Shown here one piece after another: positions 38,790 to 48,208 of a DNA stretch of 64,000 nt. Where the stretch lies: the NCBI GenBank assembly GCA_025059945.1, contig JANXDC010000011.1, forward strand, positions 141,856 through 205,855, read 5' to 3'. Position numbers and translations under genes: made by a program. Source of the stretch: Bacteroidota bacterium (lineage in GTDB: Bacteria; Bacteroidota; Rhodothermia; JANXDC01). The notes under the pieces are model-generated. The model searched no databases. It was not told where the DNA came from and saw only the letters and a program-made list of their open reading frames with translations. How positions within the stretch are numbered: the stretch's first letter is position 1; each line of letters opens with the position of its first letter.

Positions 38790-39752
38790 CTACGGAAGGG
38801 TCTCAGGCTTTGGCATGCCCGCCAGCAGGTACAAGACAGCCATGCGCACGGCCACTCCGTTGGTGACCTGATCTAGGATCACGGCCTGAGGGGAGTCGGC
38901 CACCTCGTCGGCCAGCTCCACGCCTCGGTTGATAGGGCCCGGGTGTAGGATGACGAGATCGGGGTAGCGCTCTAGGTGTTCGGCTCGGATGCCGTAGGTG
39001 AAGTGGTATTCCCGAAGGCTCGGCAAAAGACCGGACTGCTGGCGTTCGCGCTGCAGGCGCAGCGCGATCACGGCGTGGGCCCCTTTCAAGGCCTCCTCTA
39101 GGTTCGTGGTGACGTCTACGCCCAGCGTTTCGATTCCCGCAGGAAGCAGCGTAGGGGGGCCGCAGACGATCACGGAGGCCCCCAGCTTGCGCAGCCCGTG
39201 GATGTTGGAGCGCGCCACGCGGCTGTGCGCGATGTCCCCGACGATAGCCACCCGCAGCCCCCTGATGCGTCCGAAGCGCTCCTGCAGCGTGTAGAGGTCC
39301 AATAGCGCCTGTGTGGGATGCTCGTGGGCCCCGTCGCCGGCGTTGATGATCTGGGCTGACGTCCAGCGCGCTAGCTGATGCGGTACGCCAGAGGCCCAAT
39401 GCCGGACGACGAGCATGTCGATCTTCATCGCCTCCAGGTTTCGGGCCGTATCGCGCAGCGTCTCGCCTTTGGACAGGCTGGAGCCCGCAGCCTGAAAGGA
39501 GACCACATCGGCCGACAGGCGGCGTTCGGCGAGCTCGAAGGAGATCCGCGTGCGCGTGGAGGGTTCAAAAAACAGGTTGACGACGGTGCGATCGCGCAGC
39601 GTGGGCACTTTTTTAACGGGCCGCTCCAGTATCTGGCGAAAGTACCGGGCCGCCTCCAAGATGAGCTCGATCTCGGCGGCCGAGTAGTCCTCTAGCCCCA
39701 GCAGATGCCGGTGTTCCAGGTGCGTAAGGGGGGCGACAGCTTGAGCGTGCAT
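38790..39752 (-). CDS. pyrB: aspartate carbamoyltransferase catalytic subunit
   Basis: STRTR carbamoyl-phosphate motif and HPGP motif. 320 aa. Confidence 0.9.
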   Translation of the reverse strand: MHAQAVAPLTHLEHRHLLGLEDYSAAEIELILEAARYFRQILERPVKKVPTLRDRTVVNLFFEPSTRTRISFELAERRLSADVVSFQAAGSSLSKGETLRDTARNLEAMKIDMLVVRHWASGVPHQLARWTSAQIINAGDGAHEHPTQALLDLYTLQERFGRIRGLRVAIVGDIAHSRVARSNIHGLRKLGASVIVCGPPTLLPAGIETLGVDVTTNLEEALKGAHAVIALRLQRERQQSGLLPSLREYHFTYGIRAEHLERYPDLVILHPGPINRGVELADEVADSPQAVILDQVTNGVAVRMAVLYLLAGMPKPETLP

Positions 39753-40303
39753 CAGGGCGAAACCTCAAGCAGATAGACCGCGTCTTCGGCGTCCACCTCA
39801 CGCAGGGCGACTCGGATGCGCTCTTGGGCTGTGGTGGGGATGCGCCGGCCCACGTAGTCGGCGCAGATCGGAAGCTCCCTTCCTCCGCGGTCGATGAGCA
39901 CGGCCAGTTGGATCGCCGCCGGTCGTCCATAATCGAGCAGCGCGTCCATGGCGGCGCGCACCGTGCGGCCCGTATGGAGCACGTCGTCTACGAGCACGAT
40001 CATGCGGTCCTCAACCGTAAACGGCAGCTCGGTGGGGCGCATCCGAGGTCCGGGCCGCAGGCGCAGGTCGTCCCGATAGAGCGTAACATCCAGCGCCCCC
40101 ACGGGAACCGAGTGCCCCTCATCGTGCGCGATCCAGGCGGCGATGCGGCGGGCCAAAAACACGCCGCGCGTCTGCAGGCCCACCAAAGCGAGCCGGTCCA
40201 GTTCGGCTGCGGGCTCGATGATCTCCTGCCCCAGGCGGCGCAGCAGCCGCTCTAGCTCCGATGCATCCAGCAGACGGGCCTTAACGAGGCCTACCGACGC
40301 CAT
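39752..40303 (-). CDS. pyrR: bifunctional pyr operon regulator / uracil phosphoribosyltransferase PyrR
   Basis: PRTase motif VLVDDVLHTGRT. 183 aa. It lies immediately upstream of pyrB and overlaps it by 1 nt. Confidence 0.85.
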   Translation of the reverse strand: MASVGLVKARLLDASELERLLRRLGQEIIEPAAELDRLALVGLQTRGVFLARRIAAWIAHDEGHSVPVGALDVTLYRDDLRLRPGPRMRPTELPFTVEDRMIVLVDDVLHTGRTVRAAMDALLDYGRPAAIQLAVLIDRGGRELPICADYVGRRIPTTAQERIRVALREVDAEDAVYLLEVSP

Positions 40304-40620
40304 AGCGCCTCTAGGCTTGTAACGAAGGTCGTCTCAACAACGGCCACATCAATACCACCGCCCACAGAATATCGACCACGTTCCAGAGGGTTCGTCCTAG
40401 GGAAATTTTGGTGATGGGATTGATCAGAACGGCCGATGCCGCCCAAAACCAGAGCATTTTGTCGTTGCCGCGCTTCCTCTCCTGCCTGGAAAGCTAGATA
40501 AACAAAACCCATCATGCCCAAGCAGCGCACGGCTTCATAGTAATCGTAGGGCATGTCGGCTAGATAGCCCACGAAGAGCAAAGCCAATCCGAAGCGGATA
40601 AAGCTTTCCATCGGCTGCAT
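40291..40620 (-). pseudogene. possible frameshifted gene for a small 4-TM membrane protein. The N-terminal half is in the track frame. The C-terminal half is in the +1 frame and ends at 40311.
   Basis: The track ORF begins with two hydrophobic helices (FIRFGLALLFVGYLA, LGMMGFVYLAF) and then becomes low-complexity. The adjacent frame reads MLWFWAASAVLINPITK...LWNVVDILWAVVLMWPLL, two more TM helices. A single indel near 40480-40500 would join them. Confidence 0.25.
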
Positions 40621-40801
40621 AAGCTAAGGAGAGCCGTCGCGCTTCCGCAAAGGCCTCCAAGCCGCCCTTTAAGCGCTCAAGTTCGCCTGCCTTCTCAAGA
40701 CTTCCCGGTGCCCGAGTTGCGCCAACAGGCGCTAGCGGCCCGGCTTGCTGCGAAAAAGGTTTGGCCGCCTTACTTTTAATAGACTTTGAGGGGAAGGCGA
40801 A

Positions 40802-42163
40802 GTGCCCAAGACGGCCACCCGATTCCTCTGCCAGGCCTGCGCCTATGCAAGTCCTCGTTGGCTGGGACAGTGCCCCGCCTGCGGGGCCTGGAACACCTTG
40901 GTGGAGGAGGCCCCGATAGCTTCGCTCGGCATTCGGCGTTCGGGTTCCGTTCAAGAAGCTCCGGTCGTTATGCCGCTAGAAGCGGTCAAGCCTCTAGAGG
41001 AGTCCCGTTGGGCTACGGGGATCGGGGAGTTAGATCGCGTGCTCGGCGGCGGCCTGATGCGGGGCTCCGTGGTGTTGCTGGGTGGCGATCCGGGCATCGG
41101 CAAATCTACGCTGCTTCTTCAGCTCGCGGAGCGCTTAAGCGATCGCCGCCTGTTGTACGTGACCGGGGAGGAATCTTTAGAGCAGGTGCGCCATCGGGCT
41201 CAGCGGCTCGGACTTGCGGTCGGGGATCTGTATGTGCTGGCCGAGACGGATCTGGAGCGCATCTTTGCGGCCGTAGAAGCGGTCCAGCCCGAGCTTGTGA
41301 TGCTGGATTCCATTCAGACCGTGTACGCGCCGGAGCTGGAGAGCGCCCCGGGCAGTATAGCGCAGGTGCGCGAATGCGCGGCTCGGCTCGTTCGCATGGC
41401 CAAGGCCACGGGCCGCACGGTCTTGCTTGTGGGGCACGTGACCAAGGAGGGCTGGGTGGCTGGGCCGCGCACACTAGAGCATGTTGTTGACGCCGTCTTG
41501 CAGTTTGAGGGCGATCGGCAATATGCCTATCGCGTGCTTCGGGCGATCAAGAACCGCTTTGGCTCCACCCACGAGATCGGGATCTTCGAGATGACCGGCT
41601 CAGGCCTGCGCGAGGTATCCAACCCCTCGGCGTTGTTTTTGGCCGAGCGTCGGACGGAGGTGAGTGGCTCAGCCGTGGTGGCGGCGATGGAGGGCACGCG
41701 CCCCCTGCTTGTGGAGGTGCAGGCGCTTGTGGCGCCTACGGCCTTCGGGACGCCCACGCGCACAAGCGCTGGCCTCGATGTGCGGCGGCTTGCCGTGCTC
41801 CTGGCGGTGCTCGAAAGACGGGCGGGCTTGTCGTTGGCCTATCAAGATGTCTACGTCAACGTCGTGGGCGGAATCCGGCTTCAGGAGCCCGCGGTGGACT
41901 TGGCTGTAGTAGCGGCCGTGGCCTCAAGCTTTCGCGATCGGCCCATCCCGGCAGAGCTGGTCCTGATCGGCGAGGTGGGGTTAGCGGGGGAACTGCGGAC
42001 CGCAAGTGCCCTGGAGCGCAGGTTGGAAGAGGCGGCCCGACTGGGATTTCGACACGCTCTAGTGCCGGAGCCTCCGTCTGGAGTGCGCATACGGGCATCG
42101 GGGCTGGAACTTTTGTACGCCGGCACGCTTGTGGAAGCCCTGGAGCTAATGGGATGTTTATAA
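40802..42163 (+). CDS. radA: DNA repair protein RadA/Sms
   Basis: N-terminal C4 zinc finger (CQACAYASPRWLGQCPACGAWNT), Walker A (GGDPGIGKST), the KNRFG motif and a C-terminal Lon-like domain. Confidence 0.9.
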   Translation: MPKTATRFLCQACAYASPRWLGQCPACGAWNTLVEEAPIASLGIRRSGSVQEAPVVMPLEAVKPLEESRWATGIGELDRVLGGGLMRGSVVLLGGDPGIGKSTLLLQLAERLSDRRLLYVTGEESLEQVRHRAQRLGLAVGDLYVLAETDLERIFAAVEAVQPELVMLDSIQTVYAPELESAPGSIAQVRECAARLVRMAKATGRTVLLVGHVTKEGWVAGPRTLEHVVDAVLQFEGDRQYAYRVLRAIKNRFGSTHEIGIFEMTGSGLREVSNPSALFLAERRTEVSGSAVVAAMEGTRPLLVEVQALVAPTAFGTPTRTSAGLDVRRLAVLLAVLERRAGLSLAYQDVYVNVVGGIRLQEPAVDLAVVAAVASSFRDRPIPAELVLIGEVGLAGELRTASALERRLEEAARLGFRHALVPEPPSGVRIRASGLELLYAGTLVEALELMGCL

Positions 42164-42188
42164 CCCGCACCCAAAGGAGGAGCTACTC

Positions 42189-43832
42189 ATGCCGATTTTG
42201 CTATTGGGGCTTTTGCTTGGGGTGGGACTCGCCTCCGCCGCGGCCCAGCCCACCCGCTATCGGCCCGATCTACGGGTGCTCAGCCGATACCAGCAGACGA
42301 TCACCCCTCAAGAGCTACGTGCTCATTTGGAATTTCTGGCCTCCGATGAGCTCGAGGGCAGAGAGACGGCCACGCGAGGGCAGTATGTGGCCGCCCGCTA
42401 CCTTGCCTCGTGGTTCCGGCGCTTAGGGCTTGAGCCCATCGGAGATGGCGGCACCTATTATCAGCACTTTGATCTCGTAGAACAGCGCCTGGCCGAGGTC
42501 CGGCTTCGCCTGGAAGGCCCGGCGGGCGCACAAGAGGTGCGCTCTCTTCCCACAGATCCGGATCGGCTGATCCCTCGCGCAGCGGGGCCGGATAGCACTG
42601 GCGGGCTAGTGCTGGCCGGATACGGGATTGTCGACGTGCAAGGCGGCCGAGACGATTACCAGGGCCTAGACCCTAGGGGCAAGTGGGTCATGGTCCTCGA
42701 TGGGGAGCCTCATATCAACGGTCGCAGCGCGCTTACACCTAATGGCGAGCCCTCCGTGTGGGCTCGCCAATGGTGGCAGAAGGCCGTAGCGGCCCGGCAG
42801 AAGGGGGCTATCGGCGTGATCGTGGTTCCGGAAGCGGATCGTTTTGAAGCGCTTAAGGCCGAGTTTCGGGAGCAGGCCCAACGCATAGGCGCCCTGAGCC
42901 TGGCTTACCAGAATCGACAGCCCCGAGCGAGCCGGTTCCCCCCGCTGCTGTATCTGCATCCGGAGGCCGCCGCGGAGCTTCTGCGCGCAGTTGGGGGACC
43001 GGACTGGCAGGCCTACCGGCGCGATCCGAGGCCTCTCGGCTTGCCCGAAAGCGTTCGGCTGACGGTGCGTTTTCGTGTAGAGCCCCGTCGGCATACAAGC
43101 CAGAACGTGGTGGGCCTGTTGGAGGGGGTTGATCCCGTTCTGAAGCACGAATACGTTGTCATCACCGCCCACTACGATCACGTCGGCATCGGGGCTCCGG
43201 ATTCCACGGGGGATCGTATTTATAACGGAGCCGACGACGACGGATCCGGCACCGTGGCCGTTCTAGAGCTCGCCGAGGCCTTTGCGCGCGCCAAGGCCGA
43301 AGGCCACGGGCCCAAGCGCAGCATCCTCTTTATGGCTGTATCGGCTGAGGAGCGGGGGCTTCTGGGGTCGCGCTACTACGTAGATCACCCCCTAGTGCCC
43401 CTGGAGAAGACCGTGGCCAATCTGAATATCGACATGATCGGCCGCGTTGATCCCAAATACGAGCGCCTGGGCAATCCGTATTACGTCTACATCATCGGCT
43501 CCAACATCCTGAGCTCCGATCTGCATGCGATCAACGAGCAGATGAACGCGCTCACGACGAAACTTACCCTAGATTACACCTACAACCGCCAGGATGATCC
43601 CAATCGGTTCTGGGCCCGCAGCGATCACGCCAACTTCGGGGAAAAAGGCATTCCGTTCATCTTCTATTTTACCGGCACGCATGCCGATTATCATCGACCG
43701 GGCGATGAGCCGCACAAAATTCACTATGAGAAGATGGCCCGCATCGTCCAGCTGATCTTGGCTACGACTTGGAATTTGGCCAATCGCCCGGATCGGCCCC
43801 GAGTGGACGGCAAATGGTTTACCCAGCAATGA
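42189..43832 (+). CDS. M28 family aminopeptidase with PA domain (secreted)
   Basis: Signal peptide and M28 zinc ligand motifs (HYDHVG ... DDGSG ... EE). Confidence 0.8.
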   Translation: MPILLLGLLLGVGLASAAAQPTRYRPDLRVLSRYQQTITPQELRAHLEFLASDELEGRETATRGQYVAARYLASWFRRLGLEPIGDGGTYYQHFDLVEQRLAEVRLRLEGPAGAQEVRSLPTDPDRLIPRAAGPDSTGGLVLAGYGIVDVQGGRDDYQGLDPRGKWVMVLDGEPHINGRSALTPNGEPSVWARQWWQKAVAARQKGAIGVIVVPEADRFEALKAEFREQAQRIGALSLAYQNRQPRASRFPPLLYLHPEAAAELLRAVGGPDWQAYRRDPRPLGLPESVRLTVRFRVEPRRHTSQNVVGLLEGVDPVLKHEYVVITAHYDHVGIGAPDSTGDRIYNGADDDGSGTVAVLELAEAFARAKAEGHGPKRSILFMAVSAEERGLLGSRYYVDHPLVPLEKTVANLNIDMIGRVDPKYERLGNPYYVYIIGSNILSSDLHAINEQMNALTTKLTLDYTYNRQDDPNRFWARSDHANFGEKGIPFIFYFTGTHADYHRPGDEPHKIHYEKMARIVQLILATTWNLANRPDRPRVDGKWFTQQ

Positions 43833-43877
43833 AGCCCCTTCTCGGAGCGCCTCCTATGAGGAGGCGCTCCGAGAAGT

Positions 43878-45053
43878 TTAAGTGCGCACAGCACTGCGGT
43901 GGCCGAGCTGATGCACCTTTTCGGCTTCTTGCTGCAGCAGCTCTACGGCATCTAAAGCTTCCCACGGGAACTCTTCGCGGCCGAAGTGTCCGTAGACCGC
44001 GGTCTGCCGGTAAATGGGACGAAGCAGGCGGAAACGCTCGATAATGCCTCGAGGGGTGAGATCGAAAAGCCTGTTGATAATGGCGGTTAGCTGGTGATCC
44101 GGTATTCGGCCCGTGCCGTGCGTGTTGACGTAAACGGAAACCGGCTTCGGTAGGCCGATGGCGTAGGCGATCTGCACCAGGCATTCGTCGGCCAGGCCCG
44201 CAGCCACGACGTTTTTCGCGATGTGCCGGGCCGCGTAAGCCCCGGATCGGTCCACCTTGGTGGGATCTTTGCCGCTAAAGGCTCCCCCGCCGTGCGGCGC
44301 GCGGCCCCCGTAGGTATCGACGACGATCTTCCGGCCCGTAAGCCCGGTGTCGCCGTGCGGTCCGCCGATCACGAACTGCCCTGTGGGGTTCACGTAGAGT
44401 GTGAGGTGCTCGTCTAAAAGCTCCGGGGGTATGACGCGGGGGATGAGAATCGTGCGGACGTCCTCTTCGATGCGCTTTTGGTCTACGCTTGGATCATGCT
44501 GTGTGGAGAGTACGATCGTATGCACGCGCCGGGGCCGCCCCTGATCGTCGTATTCGATCGTGACTTGGCTCTTAGCATCGGGTCTTAGATAAGGCATTTC
44601 GAGGCTGTTTTTGCGAATACGTGCCAATTCCTGCAACAGCCTGTGCGCGTAGTAGATGGGGGCCGGCATGTACACAGGGGTCTCTCGGCAGGCGTAGCCG
44701 AACATCATGCCCTGATCCCCAGCTCCTCCCCGATCCACGCCGCGTGCGATGTCCGGAGACTGTTTTTTGAGAGCTGTTAAGACAGCGCAGGAGTGCGCCT
44801 CAAACCGGTATTCGCTTCGGGTATAGCCGATCCCCTCAATCACGGTTCGGACGACCCCGTCGATATCGACTTGGGCGCGCGTGGTAACCTCTCCGGCGAT
44901 GAAAACCAGGCCTGTGGTCACCAGGGTCTCCACGGCCACGCGAGCATGGGGATCCTGCTCCAGCATGGCATCCAGAATCGCATCGGAGATCTGATCGGCG
45001 ATTTTGTCCGGATGCCCCTCAGATACCGACTCGGAGGTAAACAGGTGCGGCAT
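43878..45053 (-). CDS. metK: S-adenosylmethionine synthetase
   Basis: [27 protein letters not shown] and [16 protein letters not shown] motifs. Start trimmed to the ATG at 45053, which is preceded by GGGGG. Confidence 0.9.
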   Translation of the reverse strand: MPHLFTSESVSEGHPDKIADQISDAILDAMLEQDPHARVAVETLVTTGLVFIAGEVTTRAQVDIDGVVRTVIEGIGYTRSEYRFEAHSCAVLTALKKQSPDIARGVDRGGAGDQGMMFGYACRETPVYMPAPIYYAHRLLQELARIRKNSLEMPYLRPDAKSQVTIEYDDQGRPRRVHTIVLSTQHDPSVDQKRIEEDVRTILIPRVIPPELLDEHLTLYVNPTGQFVIGGPHGDTGLTGRKIVVDTYGGRAPHGGGAFSGKDPTKVDRSGAYAARHIAKNVVAAGLADECLVQIAYAIGLPKPVSVYVNTHGTGRIPDHQLTAIINRLFDLTPRGIIERFRLLRPIYRQTAVYGHFGREEFPWEALDAVELLQQEAEKVHQLGHRSAVRT

Positions 45054-45420
45054 ATACATCCCCCTTCGGACGAACTGGGCAATGTTACGGGGGGGGTTAT
45101 ACTTGACGCAAGATCCCGCCGCAGCCGATGCCCGGACGGGCTCAGAATCGGTAGAGGATAAATGAGCCCATATAAAAGTAAACCTTGATTGGCACGCCTC
45201 GCGAAGCCGTTCCAATCCAGATCACATAATGCGGCGTTCCTTCGCTCGCCCTTGAGGCCTCTGGGGGCTTGCACGATACTTTGCCTCCAGACTCCAAGGG
45301 TTCTTTGACAGCGTGGTCTATTGCCCACAACGCGCTTATGATGGGCGCCCACCTTTATCCAGTTCACTTTAGACCGGTTCCGGTGGCCTGGGGCCGGGTG
45401 ATAAGAAGGAGGGCGACGGG

Positions 45421-45642
45421 ATGAAAAAGCTAACGGGCTATCTTTTCGCGCTTCTGCTCGCCGTGGGCACGGGTACTGTGCTGAGCGGCTGCTCCCTGGA
45501 TTTATTTAGCGTCCAGGGCGGCGAGATGGCCTCTGATCAAGGGGGTGAGATGGCCTCCGATCAGGGCGGTGAGATGGCTTCCGATCAAGGGGGCGAGATG
45601 GCCTCCGATCAGGGCGGCGAGATGGCCTCTGATCAGCGCTGA
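45421..45642 (+). CDS. small lipoprotein with 5 tandem GGEMASDQ octapeptide repeats
   Basis: Lipoprotein signal peptide (LLAVGTGTVLSGC) preceded by an AGGAGGG SD, followed by five in-frame 24-bp repeats. Confidence 0.55.
   Translation: MKKLTGYLFALLLAVGTGTVLSGCSLDLFSVQGGEMASDQGGEMASDQGGEMASDQGGEMASDQGGEMASDQR
45517..45636 (+). repeat. 5 x 24-bp tandem direct repeat (GGCGGCGAGATGGCCTCTGATCAA consensus), in frame within the lipoprotein gene
   Basis: Seen directly. The copies differ only at synonymous third positions (ggc/ggg, gcc/gct, tct/tcc, caa/cag). Confidence 0.9.
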
Positions 45643-45755
45643 TCGGCCTTGATCGGCTCCATGAAGGGTGTTACCCCCTAGATTTTGGGCAATCCGGTAA
45701 CGTATACTTACCGCGCATTCGCATTAAGGTTGCCAGAAGGAGGTGGGCGCCCCTC

Positions 45756-46805
45756 ATGAGCGCTTCTTCGCCTACGGCCACGTTAGACAACGAATATTTA
45801 GCCCAACTCATCGCGCGCGCTGAGACGCTTCCCGAAACGCTCCGAGGGCGTCTGTTAGAGGCCAACCGCCTCTATCAGGAGGGCCTGTACGGGAAGGCGG
45901 CCGAACGCTATGAGGCGCTCCTCCAGGAGGGTTTGCCCCCAGAGGTGCGCGCCGATGTGCTTCTGCAGCTTATCGCCTCCTTAAACTGGATCAAGGATGA
46001 GCGGGTCTTCGCGTACATTAACCTGCTGGAGCCCGTTACGGACTTTCAGCGGGCCCTGCTAAGCTTGCGCACGGGTGTAGCGTTGATGGACATCGCACAC
46101 GACTACAAGACCGCCCTGAGCTGGTTTGATCAAGCCTGCGAGCAGTTCGCCGCCACAGGCGAAAAGGATTGGGAGCTGCGGGCGATGAACAACCGGGCCA
46201 AATGCTACCACCAAATGGGCATGTTTGAAGAGGCCCGACGTGAATTGCGCACCGTGTACTATATCGCCCGCCGACATGGGCTGCGCGAGCGGATGCTTGT
46301 GGTCACCCTCAACCTGGGCGTGTTGGCCGAGGACGAGGGCAATTGGGAGGAGGCAGAGCGCTACTACCGCAAGGCCTACGAGGTCGCCATGGATATGGGC
46401 GCCCGGCGCCTGCAGGCTTTGTGCCTATACAACCTGGCCACGCTGCATCATGATCAGGGTTTCTACGGATTGGCGATAGAATACTACGAGCTGGCCCTGG
46501 CCTTATATCGGGAAATGGGGGCGGAGCGGGACGTGGCCGAAAAAAGCGCTCGCCTGGAGGAGGCCCTTCGAGGTCGGGAGCAAGTTCTAGAAAACCTGGG
46601 CCGCATAGTGGGCACGATGACCGTGCGCGAACTCCGGCAGCGTTACATCGCCGGTCTGGTCCGAAGCTTTCTCAAAGTGCCCGGCATACCGACCCGGGAG
46701 AAGCTAGCCGAACGCATCGGGGTTACCCGTCAAACCATCTACAAAAATATTCGCGACGCTGTAGAAGCCGGCTTGCTGCCGCGTGAGGCGGCGGCCGACG
46801 AGTAG
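45756..46805 (+). CDS. TPR-repeat protein with a C-terminal helix-turn-helix-like segment
   Basis: Multiple TPR-like YxxAxxxY repeats. The C-terminal segment LAERIGVTRQTIYKNIRDAVEAGLL resembles a DNA-binding HTH. Confidence 0.5.
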   Translation: MSASSPTATLDNEYLAQLIARAETLPETLRGRLLEANRLYQEGLYGKAAERYEALLQEGLPPEVRADVLLQLIASLNWIKDERVFAYINLLEPVTDFQRALLSLRTGVALMDIAHDYKTALSWFDQACEQFAATGEKDWELRAMNNRAKCYHQMGMFEEARRELRTVYYIARRHGLRERMLVVTLNLGVLAEDEGNWEEAERYYRKAYEVAMDMGARRLQALCLYNLATLHHDQGFYGLAIEYYELALALYREMGAERDVAEKSARLEEALRGREQVLENLGRIVGTMTVRELRQRYIAGLVRSFLKVPGIPTREKLAERIGVTRQTIYKNIRDAVEAGLLPREAAADE

Positions 46806-46840
46806 GTCCTCGCTCGACTCGAGGGGCGCGCCTGGGGGGC

Positions 46841-47707
46841 ATGCCCTTGGAGATTATTCAGGATATTCGGCAAATGCAGCGCCGGGCCACGGAGCTGCGT
46901 GCACAAAGCCGGCGCATCGCGGTCGTGCCCACCATGGGTGCGTTGCACGACGGCCATCTGGCCCTCGTGCGTATGGCCCGGCAACACGCCGACGTCGTCA
47001 TCGTCACGCTTTTCGTCAACCCCATTCAGTTCGGGCCCCATGAGGATTATGCGCGTTACCCGCGCGATTGGCAAGGAGATCTGCATAAGGCCGACGCCGC
47101 GGGGGTGGACATCCTGTTCGCGCCCAGCGTGGAGGCTATGTATCCGAATGGATATCAGACGTATGTCGTGGTCACCGAGCTCAGCCGTCCCCTGGAGGGT
47201 GCCATGCGGCCTGGGCATTTTCGGGGTGTGACCACGGTTGTGAGCAAGCTCTTTCACCTGACCTGCCCGCACGTGGCCGTCTTCGGGCAAAAAGACGCCC
47301 AGCAGGCCCTGATCATCCGGCGCATGGTGCGGGATCTGAATTTTGACGTCGACATCCTCATCCATCCCATCGTCCGGGAGCCCGATGGGTTAGCCATGAG
47401 CTCCCGAAATGTCTACCTTTCGCCGCAGGAGCGCGCCCAGGCCCCTGTGCTGTATCGGGCTCTGCAATGGGCTGAGGGGCAGATTCTATCGGGGGAACGA
47501 AATCCGGATCGACTCATTGAAGGCATACGCCGGATTCTCGCGGAGGCCCACTTGGCGCGCATCGATTACGTGGCCGTCTGCGACACAGAACGCCTAGATG
47601 ACGTGGCCGAGCTCCATCCAGGCCAGGAGGTACTTGTGGCCCTGGCCGTGCGCTTCGGCTCGACCCGGCTGCTGGACAACATCCTCATAACCGTTCCGGA
47701 GCGGTAG
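46841..47707 (+). CDS. panC: pantoate--beta-alanine ligase
   Basis: VPTMGALHDGH HIGH-like motif. 288 aa. Confidence 0.9.
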   Translation: MPLEIIQDIRQMQRRATELRAQSRRIAVVPTMGALHDGHLALVRMARQHADVVIVTLFVNPIQFGPHEDYARYPRDWQGDLHKADAAGVDILFAPSVEAMYPNGYQTYVVVTELSRPLEGAMRPGHFRGVTTVVSKLFHLTCPHVAVFGQKDAQQALIIRRMVRDLNFDVDILIHPIVREPDGLAMSSRNVYLSPQERAQAPVLYRALQWAEGQILSGERNPDRLIEGIRRILAEAHLARIDYVAVCDTERLDDVAELHPGQEVLVALAVRFGSTRLLDNILITVPER

Positions 47708-47714
47708 CCGCTGT

Positions 47715-48098
47715 ATGTGGGTGACGATGTTCCGATCCAAGCTGCATCGGCTCGTGGTGACGGAGGCCAACCTATATTACGAGGGCAGCATCACGATCGA
47801 TCAGGAGCTACTGCAGCTGGCCGATATCCTGCCGTATGAGAAGGTCCAGGTCGTAAACCTCAACACCGGGGCCCGGTTGGAGACCTACGCCATTCCCGGT
47901 CCGAGGGGCAGTCGCATCGTCTGCTTGAACGGCCCGGCTGCGCGCTCTGGCGCCCCGGGTGATGAGGTGATCGTGATCGCCTACGCGCAGATGCCCTTGG
48001 AGGAGGCCCGTCGGCATCGGCCGCGTGTGGTCTTGGTGGATCGGCACAACAACCCGCGCCAGGTCCGCATCCTGGAGTCGGAAACGATCCTCCTCTGA
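47715..48098 (+). CDS. panD: aspartate 1-decarboxylase
   Basis: MxxTMFRSKLHR N-terminus, a pyruvoyl-forming Gly-Ser site (YEGSITID) and TYAIPGxRGS. Confidence 0.9.
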   Translation: MWVTMFRSKLHRLVVTEANLYYEGSITIDQELLQLADILPYEKVQVVNLNTGARLETYAIPGPRGSRIVCLNGPAARSGAPGDEVIVIAYAQMPLEEARRHRPRVVLVDRHNNPRQVRILESETILL

Positions 48099-48208
48099 GC
48101 GTCGTTTAATGGCCGATCTCGTTTAGCTCCTTGCCCGAAGTCTTTGCTGGGAGGCGCTGCGGGCCGCTATCTTCACATGTCTTGCCTGAGCAGGAGTATA
48201 GAGCTCCC

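Noticed and set aside
38803-39399. ORF 38803..39399(-) inside pyrB in another frame
   Set aside because: Overlaps a conserved aspartate carbamoyltransferase in a different frame, with Arg/Pro/Gly-rich composition.
45517-45636. Tandem 24-bp repeats considered as a possible CRISPR or minisatellite
   Set aside because: There are no spacers. The repeats are contiguous, in frame with a signal-peptide ORF, and vary only at synonymous positions. This is a coding peptide repeat, not CRISPR.
48131-48208. N-terminal 26-codon extension of the secA ORF
   Set aside because: The conserved SecA N-terminus ([10 protein letters not shown]) starts at the ATG at 48209. Similar unsupported 5' extensions were trimmed for the flippase (18988), ftsX (24916), comF (55803), secE (58415), rplA (59900), pncB (12172) and the KptA-Nudix gene (15790).
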